Source of the DNA: Octopus bimaculoides
Taxonomy: Eukaryota
NCBI RefSeq assembly: GCF_001194135.2
Contig: NC_068991.1
Span: forward strand, 5,967,834-6,031,833
Reading direction: 5' to 3'
Length of the DNA stretch: 64,000 nt
Numbering within the stretch: the first letter of the stretch is position 1; every line of letters starts with the position of its first letter. The notes below the pieces were generated by a model. It ran no database searches, had not been told where the DNA came from, and worked only from the letters and a program-made list of their open reading frames with translations. Made by a program: the position numbers and the translations under genes. Below, piece by piece: positions 26,739 through 36,913 of the stretch.

Positions 26739-29700
26739 CAATGAGCTTCTTTCCCTTTATCTAACTTCATTCACAAGGCTTTGGTCGGCCTGAGGATACA
26801 GCAGAAGACACTTGTCCAAGGTGCCATGCAGTGGGACTGAACCCAGAACCATATGGTTGATAAGCAAACTTCTTAACCACACACAATAATGATGATGGTG
26901 ATGACAACAACAACTAAACATGCACATGTGTCTGTTTAATCTTTAGCATCTTTTATTGCTCCAAATCAAAGAGGTTCCTTCAAGTGCCAACCAAACAGAA
27001 GATGCCTGTTGCCATCCAGCCAATTCTTTGTTGGATATATTTCAATTACAAAAGATAAAACGTTCAGGTTGGCAGCTGTTGACTTCACAAGACATTTTTA
27101 TATTTTCTTCCTATCAGCTGCTAGACCTGCTCTTCGAATGTCATGTTTCTATGTGCCCCACACCTGCGCGCACGCACACACACACACACATTTGTACTTT
27201 GTGTGTGTGCATTTATGATTTGGGTATTGTGTCAGGTGTCATTTTAGAATGTATACTTAGGTTTTATGATCTGCTTGTGTGTGTGCACCTGCAGTCTAAA
27301 CAGGGTAAGTTGTAAATAGGGCAGCTATTAATTAATACATACATACATACATATATATATGTGTGTGTATATATATATATGTGTGTGTGTGTGTATATAT
27401 ACATGTGTGTGTGTATATATATATATGCATACATACATGTATGTGTATGTATAAAGAAAGAAAATGTTATGAGAACTTTTTCATGAACACAAGAAAGAAA
27501 ATATATGTTTTATATATATAGACAGAAAGACAGACAGATAGGTGTATGTATATATATATATCATCATCATCATCGTTTAACGTCCGCTTTCCATGCTAGC
27601 ATGGGTTGGACGATTTGACTGAGGAGTGGTGAAACCGGATGGCAACACCAGGCTCCATTATATATATATATAGACAGATAGATGTATAAGTGTGAAGGTA
27701 CGTTTGAGAGAGTTGGAGGAGAGAGATGACATGTAGACAATAGATATTTGTGCGTCTCAAAGATGCTGGTGGCTAAATAACTATGGATATCAGTATCACA
27801 CATCTCAACCATGATGCACAGCAACCAACAAACATAGATTGATAAGGCTGACAGTATCTTGTCTCGGTGAAGGTGTCACACAGTTGAATTATGTAAGAAG
27901 ATGGAGTGTGCCCCTGGGTTGGCAGTGTCTGATAAAAAATCACTTACACCCATTGAGTCAAATGTAATAATAACCTTCTTTCCTAATCGGGATCTTGTTA
28001 TAATATTATCATTTGTTGCTGCTGAAGTGTATAAAAGATTTAAGAGAAGGAGGTGATGTTGCTCTCTCTCTCTCTCTCTCTCTCAAGTAGAATTAAGGAG
28101 TGGAATATTGTACTTTATGATAATTGAAGGAGTTGGGTATTTGAGATTTTTTTGATATCTTCAGTAAATAATCACTTAACTTATCTGTAACATATACTCA
28201 AACTTTAATTCCATTGTATATCAAATCTGCACTAATAGTTTACCTTTTAGCATTCAAACCAGCCATATCCGGCCTAAATATTCTAGCTGCTTTAAGTTCA
28301 AACCAACCAGATCCAGCCTCTCACACCTACCCTAAAATGTCATTCTAAAAATAAATAATCACTTCATTGAAATCTCAATGTATGATGAATTCAAAACAAT
28401 GTGAATAAATAAGCTTTACATTTGACAGGCGGTGCCCCTGCATGGCCGCAGTCAAATCACTGAAACAAATAAAAGAAAGATTAATATAAATGGTGAAGGG
28501 TTCATTTCAGCTTTCTTCTAATGAAGAAATAAATAAATGTTGGAAGAGCATTGTAGTTTGCTTGAAGCATTGTGGTACAGAAATAGAATAATGAACGAAA
28601 TGAGGAGAAATAAGGAAAGCTTCTTACAATGCAGAAAGCTTATCGAAACAACCTTTATAATTCGAGTGCAAAGGTCTGTCTTAAGAAGAATATCCAAAAT
28701 GGCAGGATCTATGTAAACACACATTTCTTTGACTGTATTCTTCTGAAGGAAGCCCTTTGTGCTCAAAATATAAAGATTTTTAAAGCATTCTACATTGATA
28801 GAAACTCTCTTTATTGCTCATCTCATTCATTATTCTAAATGAATGTTATGTGTGTGTGTGTGAATATATGCAAATATGAATGTGTCTAATTTATTTGTTT
28901 TCGATGAGTTAGTAGAATCTTTGTGGCATTTCATTCATCTCTTTATGTTCCGAGTTCAAATCCCACTGGAGTCAGCTTTACCTTTCGTCTCTAATCTAGT
29001 ATAAAGGTTGATGGTAAACACACAACTGTTAATCAATGAATGCATCGTTTTTTAACCCTGTAGGCCTGAACTGCAGGTTACGCTATGGTGCAACATCAAA
29101 TGACTCTGTCGTGGTCTGATGCTTTCACATCATGTGTATCTAGAACATTGACAATGGTCAAACATTTTCTCTGTGTATGTATGTGTGTGAAGGTGTATCA
29201 CTTAGTGGTTAGGGCATTGGGCTCGCAGTCATATGGTCGTGGGTTCAGTTTTTAATCCCAGTAGTGTGTTGTGTCCTTGAGCAAGACACTTTATTTCACA
29301 TTGCTCGAGTCCACTCAGCTGGCAAATATCAGATAAAGGTGCCAGCCTTGTTGCATTGCGTATCGTGCTGAATCTCCCTGAGAACTACATTAAGGGGACA
29401 TGTGTCTGTGGAGTGCTCAGCCACTTGCACGTTTATTTCACGTGCAGGCTGTTCCGTTGATCAAATCAGCTGGAACCCTTGTTGTCATAATACTTTGTCT
29501 TTCATGATGTACATATAGGAGCAGGAGTTGCTGTGTGGTAAGTAGCTTGCTTCCCAACCACATGGTTCCGGGTTCAGTCCCACTGCGTGACACCTTGGGC
29601 AAGTGTCTTCTACTATAGCTAGCCTTCGGGCTGACCAAAGCCTTGTGAGTGGATTTGGTAGACGGAAACTGAAAGAAGCCCGTCATGTGTATATATATAT

Positions 29701-30993
29701 ATGTCTGTGTGTATGTTTGTGTTTCTGTGTTTGTACCCCCGCGATCGCTTGACAACTGATGCTGGTGTGTTTGTGTCCCTGTAACTTAGCAGTTCAGCAA
29801 AAAAGACTGATAGAATAAGTACTAGGCTTACAAAGAATAAGTCCTGGGGTTACTTTGTACGACTAAAGGCAGTGCTCCAGCATGGCTGCAGTCAAATGAC
29901 TGAAACAAGTAAAAGAATATTATAAAAGCAGAGTTACTTGTGTATACTAAGACAATGTATTGCATGTGTGTAGTGTAAGAGTGACGGAAGAGACTAAGAA
30001 TTGTTCTCTATAAAATGCATCATTTTTTTAACCCTGTAGTCTTGAACTGCAGGTTACGCTATGGTGCAACAGAAAAACAATGATGTCACTGTCTGATGCT
30101 TCACAAAATATATGCATCTAAAGCACTGACATTGTTGAACATTCCTTTGTGTGTCTGTAACTGCTATTAAATAGTTTTTATAAAATATGTCTGTTGTTAC
30201 TATTAAATATCATCTTCATCATTGTTGTATCTTATCCAGAAATTTCTGTTTTTTTGTGGGAAGGGGTGGATTTTATTTTGCTAAATAAAAATATATTTAC
30301 AATTACCATTCCGATAATTAACTTTGTATGCTTTTGTACTTTTGGATACTTTCATCCTTGTCTCCAGATTTGTTGTATCTTGCCAAAAGAAGGGCTTCTT
30401 AGTAATAAGGAACATGTCAAGTTGGAGTAAGACTTTATAAGCAACTTACCAGTTAACAAAAGTTAGTGGAAGAGCTCTCCCAGTAAGAACATGGTCTGGC
30501 TTTTTATAACGTTTTCTACTCTAAGCACAAGGTTTGAAATTTGGAGGAAGAGAGCTGGTCAGTTACCGAGTGTTGGGCCTCACAGAGGCAATGAGCAACC
30601 CCTCTGGCATTATGTCGTGCTTGAGAAGAAGACCCATCAAGCTGAGCAAAATTGCAGTCGTGGCAGATACCTGTGTCACGCAAATTGGCATGTAAAAGCA
30701 CCCCGGTGTCGTGCAAATGGCACCAATGCTGATGGCACATAAAAGCACCCACTACACTCTCAGAGTGGTTGGCATTAGGAAGGGCATCCAGCCTTAGAAA
30801 ACCATGCCAAATAAGACTGGAGTCTTGGGCAGCCTTCCAGCCCAGTCAAACCGTCCAACCCATGCCAGCATGGACAACAGACATTAAATGATGATGACGA
30901 TATATATATACATATGTATATATATTTATATGATTAATCATATTAAAAAAAAATTTTTTTTTTTTTTTTTCAGAATTCTTCCGTCTGATGTGA
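3353..30993 (+). CDS. Calmodulin-like 4-EF-hand protein gene, spliced: 3353-3379, 17618-17648, 23900-24043, 26123-26365, 30974-30993 (465 nt, 154 aa + stop)
   Basis: Joined translation: [154 protein letters not shown]. All introns are GT-AG with matching phases. Exon sizes 31/144/243 match the calmodulin exon layout. The sequence is too divergent to be canonical calmodulin. Confidence 0.9.
9748..10030. mobile_element. hAT-type MITE
   Basis: TIR CAGTGGTTCCCAA ... TTGGGGAACCACTa; flanks ctttaata/ctttaagg; internal sequence shared with 16977-17216. Confidence 0.7.
11469..11759. mobile_element. hAT-type MITE inserted in a SINE
   Basis: CAGACATGGCCAGC ... GTTGGCCAGCCCTG; 8-bp TSD gtttaatt/gtttagtt; the SINE resumes afterwards. 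Confidence 0.72.
16977..17216. mobile_element. hAT-type MITE, same family as 9748
   Basis: CAGTGGTTCTCAAAG ... GGGAACCACTG; 8-bp TSD ctctacaa/ctctgcaa. Confidence 0.78.
17618..17648 (+). CDS. Calmodulin-like exon 2 ([10 protein letters not shown])
   Basis: tttctctctgtctttag|GCT...GGTC|gtaagt; 31 nt, equivalent to calmodulin ADQLTEEQIA exon. Confidence 0.9.
18055..18455 (-). mobile_element. Near full-length tRNA-derived SINE (family B, head GGCGCAGGAGTGGCTGTGTGGTAAG)
   Basis: Head, GGCACCTTGGGCAAGTGTCTTCTACTATAGCC core, internal (TA/CA)n and tail are all present. Approximate other copies: 2205-2700, 6560-6730, 14335-14620, 23386-23645, 25835-26030(-), 29517-29920, 46754-46880, 47945-48130. 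Confidence 0.8.
20765..21110 (-). mobile_element. Mariner-derived non-autonomous remnant (transposase N-terminus)
   Basis: [13 protein letters not shown] then frameshifted CQKLGDTCS, a mariner N-terminal motif; boundaries approximate. Confidence 0.6.
23900..24043 (+). CDS. Calmodulin-like exon 3 (EF1 and start of EF2)
   Basis: ctcttccag|TG TAC AAA...GAT G|gtaagt; 144 nt; [47 protein letters not shown]. Confidence 0.95.
25485..25729. mobile_element. MITE remnant with GGAGTCGGAGTC subterminal repeats
   Basis: Repeated ggagtcggagtc / actccgactc; right end ttccacagccctg; left boundary approximate. Confidence 0.5.
26123..26365 (+). CDS. Calmodulin-like exon 4 (EF2 end, EF3, EF4 loop)
   Basis: ccatttttgcag|GA AGT GGC...TCA G|gtgaac; 243 nt; within supplied ORF 26104..26511. 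Confidence 0.95.
29040..29167 (+). ncRNA. Box H/ACA snoRNA, SNORA46-like, copy 1
   Basis: Hairpin 1: TGCATC/GGTGCA lower stem, CCTGTAG/CTGCAGG upper stem, pocket TTTTAA / TACGCTAT. H box ACATCA at 29093-29098. Hairpin 2: GATGC/GTATC and TGTCG/TGACA. ACA at 29162-29164. The pocket is complementary to the conserved 18S motif AUAGCGUA(U)(A)UUAAAG and lies 14 nt from the H box. Confidence 0.82.
29190..29480 (+). mobile_element. tRNA-derived SINE family D (GTGTCCTTGAGCAAGACACTT core) between the two snoRNAs
   Basis: A/B-box-like head; related copies at about 37985-38215(-) and 44730-44905(-). Confidence 0.6.
30015..30144 (+). ncRNA. Box H/ACA snoRNA, SNORA46-like, copy 2
   Basis: Same architecture as copy 1. 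It shares the 28-nt core GAACTGCAGGTTACGCTATGGTGCAACA. H box ACAGAA at 30069-30074. Hairpin 2: AACAAT..GTCA/TGACATTGTT and GATGC/GCATC. ACA at 30139-30141. Confidence 0.82.
30974..30993 (+). CDS. Calmodulin-like terminal coding exon (EFFRLM*)
   Basis: Long poly-T tract then cag|AA TTC TTC CGT CTG ATG TGA. It completes EF4 with Glu12 and matches calmodulin EFVxMM. Confidence 0.85.
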
Positions 30994-31052
30994 TCAATCA
31001 GCCTACAACCACAGTGCCATGTCACTTCCATCATTGACTGGAGGAGCTGCCA

Positions 31053-31115
31053 ATATTTATTTATTTATTTATTTTCAAAGAATGTATTTATTTATTTATT
31101 TATTTATTTATTTAT
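31053..31115 (+). promoter_or_regulatory. Overlapping ATTTA (AU-rich element-like) cluster in the calmodulin-like 3' UTR
   Basis: (ATTT)n runs starting about 60 nt after the stop; could be a plain microsatellite. Confidence 0.3.
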
Positions 31116-32419
31116 TGGAAAAAATAACTTTCTGTCCGACAGCTGTCATAAAGATGAAGCCATATGCCCACCCCCTCTCCAAGAACATCCATTGCAAAAA
31201 AAAATAATGAAACCTTTTTTTTTTTTTAATCACTATTTCATCAAGGCAGAACAAAAGACCATGTGACCATTTTCTCGTTCCACTGTATCTCAATCGAAAT
31301 GGCTACCCATATTGTATGTTTTGTTCTAAGTGTAATACACATCTTCAAGTAATGCACTAAATATACACTTGGTTGTTGTTTGTTGTTGTTGTTCGTTGGT
31401 TAAGACCATCTTCGTTATTATTAATTTTGCCATACGACATATCACCACTGTGAGGACACCTGGCCTAGTGGTTAGGGGTGTTGCACTCTCAATTGCAAGA
31501 TCAAGGTTTCAATTCTTGGACCAAGTGGGCTGTTTTTGCAGTACTCTTTACTCTTTTTACTTGTTTCAGTCATTTGACTGAGACCATGATGCCACGCAGT
31601 GGGACTGAACCCGGAACCATGTGGTTGGTAAGCAAGCTACTTACCACACAGCCATGCATTTTATAGAGAACTACTGTACAAGCACAATATTTAACTGATC
31701 ACAGATCAATTCATGATAAGTGTAACATAGTTCACACTTGAACATCCTGTGTTATCCCCCAGATCAGTGATAAACGAAGCTACATTTTGTGCCAGTTTAA
31801 GAAGTCTCGAGTAGTTTTCTTATTTAGAAGCTAGTTTGGAACCCTTTCAATATCTCACTACTCTCCAGAATTGTCATTATTCCTTAAGAGTCTCTGTGAA
31901 TTCTGCAAAAATGTCACCAGCTAGGTTTGGAAAACTGCCCATAATTTTTTAGACATGATATCAGACATGGTTCCTGCTTCTCTGCCAAGACATTTTTGTT
32001 ATGATCACCACCACCACCACCACCACCCCCCAGCAGTGTTCAGGAAAACAAATTAGACATTCATGTGCTTGGGGTAAGACTATAGCAATGTCTGGATAAA
32101 ATTTGTATATTTTGGCGGTGGCGCTAGTAACTATGGAAATTACACAAATAAACAGAAGAGCTGACAGTCAAAGAGGTGCAGAATTTGTATAAGATGTTTT
32201 GTTAAGCATTTGACTTAAATTATAACAGTGTCAGCTTACACTATTGACACAGTAAAGCTATTTATATAGATATGTCTTAAATGTTACGGCTGTTACTATC
32301 AAGATGTTAGTGACTCAAATGTAAGTACATTCTGTTCTTCCACCAACTGCTGGCACCGCTTCTACCATTGCCACTAAAATCATCACACCTCAAACACCAT
32401 AGCTACTAAAATTATATTG

Positions 32420-32900
32420 TTGGTTGGATGGATAAGTAGATAGGTAGGTATAATTGCTAGATTGATAAAGGCAAACAGGTAGATAGATAGATGGACGGAC
32501 AGATATACAAGCAGACAGGTTGATAGATAGTTATGATTGATAGAGTGACACACCAGACAAATAGGTAGACAGACAGATATAATAGATAAACAGATAGACA
32601 CACATAGATAAATATATAAACAGACAAGCAGATAGATGGGTATGATTGCTAAAGACAGATAGATAGTGAGACACAGACAGACAGACAGACAGGCTGATAC
32701 ATTGACAATAAGTACATAGGTAGACAGACAGGCTGATGGATAAATAGCTACAATTGATAGAGTGGCAACAGACACACATAGATAAATATACAAACAGACA
32801 GGTAGATAGATAGGTTAGATTGATAGATTGATAACAGACTGGCAGACAGACAGATGTGCAGGCATGCAGGCATATATAGGTAGGTAGGTTGATAGATATT
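32420..32900. repeat. Degenerate (AGAT/AGAC)n array
   Basis: Direct reading; source of the ORFs at 32383-32793. Confidence 0.9.
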
Positions 32901-35900
32901 TCCTTTCATTATCAAAGATATTACTTTACATCATTATGGTTTGCAATAACAGTCTCAATCCAAATTGCATGTATTTTTATGTTGCATGGAATTAATTAAG
33001 AAAGAAGACTGGTGGGGGGAGCAAAAACGAAGTACATAGAAGGAAGAGGTTGACAGTCAGCCGTCGAACTGCAGCGAGGTATTGATGTTAGTCAAACAAT
33101 CCAAAAAGAAAATGCTGTTAGTATGTTTCCCAGAGCACAGCTGTTGCAAAGGGGGAAAAGCCATCGTTCTCACCACCAATAGTATCATTACAACTACCAC
33201 ACCTACTAATCTTACTAACACTGCCCTCTTCCACTGTTATTGTTATTATTATTATTATTAATATTAAGGTAGCAAGCTGGCAGAAACATTAGCTTAACGG
33301 TATTTCGTCTGCCGTTATGTTCTGAGTTCAAATTCTGCCATGGTTGACGGTGAGAGGCTAGCTATTTATAACACACTATCGGCTCAAACTGGGATTCAGA
33401 AAAGACTGTCTCACGAGACCTTAAGGCTGCGATTGGTTGGGTTGCATCTTGGCGCGGAATAGAACAGGAGACAAAATGCGCCAATACCAACCACTCAGCT
33501 GGCTAAAATGAGTTGTACCTGTATTTCAAAGGGTCAGTTTCACCACATTCTATGTCATGCTGAATCTCCCTCAGAACTACGTCAAGGGTACACATGTCTG
33601 TGGAGCGCTCAGCCACTTGCACGCTAATGCTAATTTCACAAGCAGGTTGTTCCATTAATCAAATCAACTGGAATTCTCATCTTTATAACCGACAGAGTGC
33701 CATTTTAGCAGTTCTCATCATCATTTCATGCCCACTTTTCCATGCTTGCATGGGTCAGATGGAATTCAATGAGGTTTGGCAACAGGAATAGCATCCAGCT
33801 GCAGAAAAACCTACCTCAGTAAATTTTGTCCAACCCATGCCAGCACAGAAAAATGGACGTTAAAACGATTATTTATGTATACATTTATTGCAAGACACCA
33901 TACAGCAGGAGAATTAATTTGTTCATTGATTGAAAGTAACCACAAATTGTTGGCAAAGAGGTGCTATTAACAGAACTGGTAGTTTTATGAAATGTTGGTT
34001 TTTATCTGGTTTTCTGCAGCCAGTCACATTCTTAACTGGAAAGCTAATCAAGAAATGTTTAAGTACAAATCACTGGAGAACTTATTAATTTCATTATATA
34101 AAAATGCATTTTAGTCTTATTGCTGAGAGATTTTCAGTAATAAAACACCGAGTTATTGGCAAAGACATTCTGGCAATGAAATTGATTCTCTTCAGGTTTT
34201 TGTGTAGAATTGTGAGCACTTCAGACAAAATACCTTACTGTGTTTAGTTAGGTTATGAGTTCAAATTGCACTGAGGTCGACATTTTTTTTCATTCTCCCT
34301 AGAAAAGTAAAGGTTGGTAAAAGAAAGTACCAATGAAGTACTGAAGATTGACCATACCAGTGTTTCTCAGCCAAGGTTTATATGACCCTTCGGGGTTCAA
34401 TATAAGATTTTATTGTTAAAGTTTATATTACCAATAAATTAGTTATATTCTTTTATTTGTTTCAGTCATTTGACTGCAGCCATGCTGGTGCATCGCCTTT
34501 AGTCGTTAAGTGATGATGATGATGACAATGTGTGAATGTGACAGGTTTCTGCAGTTTCCATTTTGTTCTTGGGATGATTGTGGCTGGAATGCCTTTGATC
34601 AAGTTAAACCAAGGACTAAACAACAAGCTTACAACTTTGAATTAAGACATAATTTCACTGTCGTCCTCTCTCCTTTCCAACTGAGGTAATCATGTATCTC
34701 CTCTCTTGTCACCTGATATAAAGCCACCTCCCTCAATACTTACTCCCTACATCAGTTGAGGGGTCTTTGTTGTGCAAGTTACCTGGTGACCACATTGGTG
34801 CTACCTAAAAGCACCCGGCACACTCTGTGAATTGGTTGGTGTTAGGAAGGGCATCTGACCATAGAAACTATGGCATAACAGACACTAGAGTCTGACACAA
34901 TCCTTTAGCGCACCAGCATGGAAAACAGATGTTAAATGGTTATGAAGATGATGATGATGAAAAGTTTAATGAATCACATACAAAAAAATCTTTGTGCAAA
35001 ATATATCTTTATTTCATTTGTTTCTGTAGAATTCAGAAATATGCTTAGTTCCTGATATAAAAGAAACTGTTTAACAATTTAAACACCTTGCAATAATATC
35101 CATATATTATTATTATTATTATTATTGGCATAATTACATTTAAGACATCATTTCTTCTTGTTATATTACTGAATAACCGAATGACCAGAAAATAGTATTT
35201 TGAAGACAATACTTTAAAAATACTTGTTATACTAAATAGTATTACATAACTTTTCAAATTGTTGTTTATGGTTTCTGTTGAGAGAAAGGGACAGTGGCTG
35301 ATGGTCAGCCTTTAGCCTTTAGCATTCAGATTAGTTTGTCTGATGAAACGCCTTTTTATTGACATTGTTTTGAATTAATCCAGCAAAATCTCATAACTTT
35401 GAGATTTCAGCAATGTGATTATATTTTTTCTGAATGACAACGAAGGGTGGATGTGAGAGGCTGTTTTAAACATAAAACAAATAGAATGTTTGGGCCAGTT
35501 ATGGTCAGTTGAAATGCTAAAGGGTTAAACGCCGGTTAATGGTCAGCTTAATTCTTTAGCGTTCAGATTACTTAGTCAAATGTAATGTTTATTTATTCAC
35601 ATTTGTTTTGAATTAATCCAGCATAATCTCATAGCCTCGAGATTTCAACGATGTGATTATATTTTGTTTTTGAATGACATTGTAGGGTAAGTGTGAGAGG
35701 CCAGTTCTTGCTGGTTTAAACATAAAAACAAATAGAATATTTGGGCTAGTTATGAGTGGTTTAAATGCTAAAGGGTTAAATCCCTGTCAATCAACTCCAA
35801 TTGGAAGTGGGGAAAATGGTCCACACAAGACAGAATGAGTGACAGGTGATATGCAATTAACCAATTCTGAAGAATTGAAATGATTGTGTAAGCAGTAGAA

Positions 35901-36718
35901 GCAACGAGTGAACTAGTGCTTGGACTGAAAACTAAACCATCAGACAGATGGCTTTTTTATGGATACAACCTTGGTTCTTTTTTGGTGTAATAACAACACC
36001 ATTCCAAATGTAGGAGCAATATTTCATTAGGGGTCTCACCTGAGTTTTGTAGAGAATCAACAAATGTCCAGCTCTGGTGTATTTTCTGGTCCTAATGAGG
36101 AAGGGCAATTTTTAGAACTTTGGTCTTCGATTCTCTTAAGATAGTCACTATTACTTGTTAATTATTGATTTCAAATTTTGGCACAAGGCCAGCAATTCTG
36201 GGAAGGTGATAAGTTGATTACATCGACCCCAGTGCATAACTGGTACTTGTTTTATCGACCTCGAAAGGATAAAAGGCAAATTCAACCTCAGTGGAATTTG
36301 AACTCAAAGCATTTTGCCCAGCATGCTAACGATTCAGCCAGCTTGCCACCTTACCATTAGTCATTAATTATTAGCACTGGTGTTGCATTACTGAAGCCTT
36401 AGACTTAATTACTTAGATTCCTGCTGACAAGACTTCCTTTAACTGTAGCCAGGCCTTACAGAGTAAAAGCAAAATTTGTTTTAATTTTGTGGACATTGCA
36501 AGTAAGAAGCAGCGACCTTCTCACTGAACCATGGTAGACAGTGTTACAAAAAAACAAACAAAAAAAAAACAAGTGGCAACTTAAACCGTTGCTACGAGAG
36601 CAATAATCTAAAAGAAATCTTGCATCAATGAAAGACAATGAAAGTGTAATTGTTCATCTCTTAAAATCCAGGTAAACTTTCTGAGGAAATAAACATCTGC
36701 GTCAGTGACCCACAACAA

Positions 36719-36913
36719 TTACAGTTTAAAAACATATGAATCGCTGACTGTTATGTATCGAATCCAGCGGTACGGCACATAAGCTTGGTCTCGATCAAAA
36801 ACACGCAAATAGCGAATCTGGATGCCGGAGCAAGTGTAACCTGATGCCTCGAACTCCATGACAATGTGTCCGATATCTTTCAAACGAGTTTTCACACCAC
36901 TGTTGCTGATCAA
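36719..36913 (-). CDS. AP4M1: AP4M1 exon 13, terminal (LISNSGVKTRLKDIGHIVMEFEASGYTCSGIQIRYLRVFDRDQAYVPYRWIRYITVSDSYVFKL*)
   Basis: tttgccag|TTG ATC...CTG TAA; equals supplied ORF 36719..36913. Confidence 0.95.
   Translation of the reverse strand: MISNSGVKTRLKDIGHIVMEFEASGYTCSGIQIRYLRVFDRDQAYVPYRWIRYITVSDSYVFKL

Noticed and set aside
31710-31765. Hairpin downstream of the calmodulin-like stop resembling an H/ACA arm
   Set aside because: There is no H or ACA box in register and no second hairpin.
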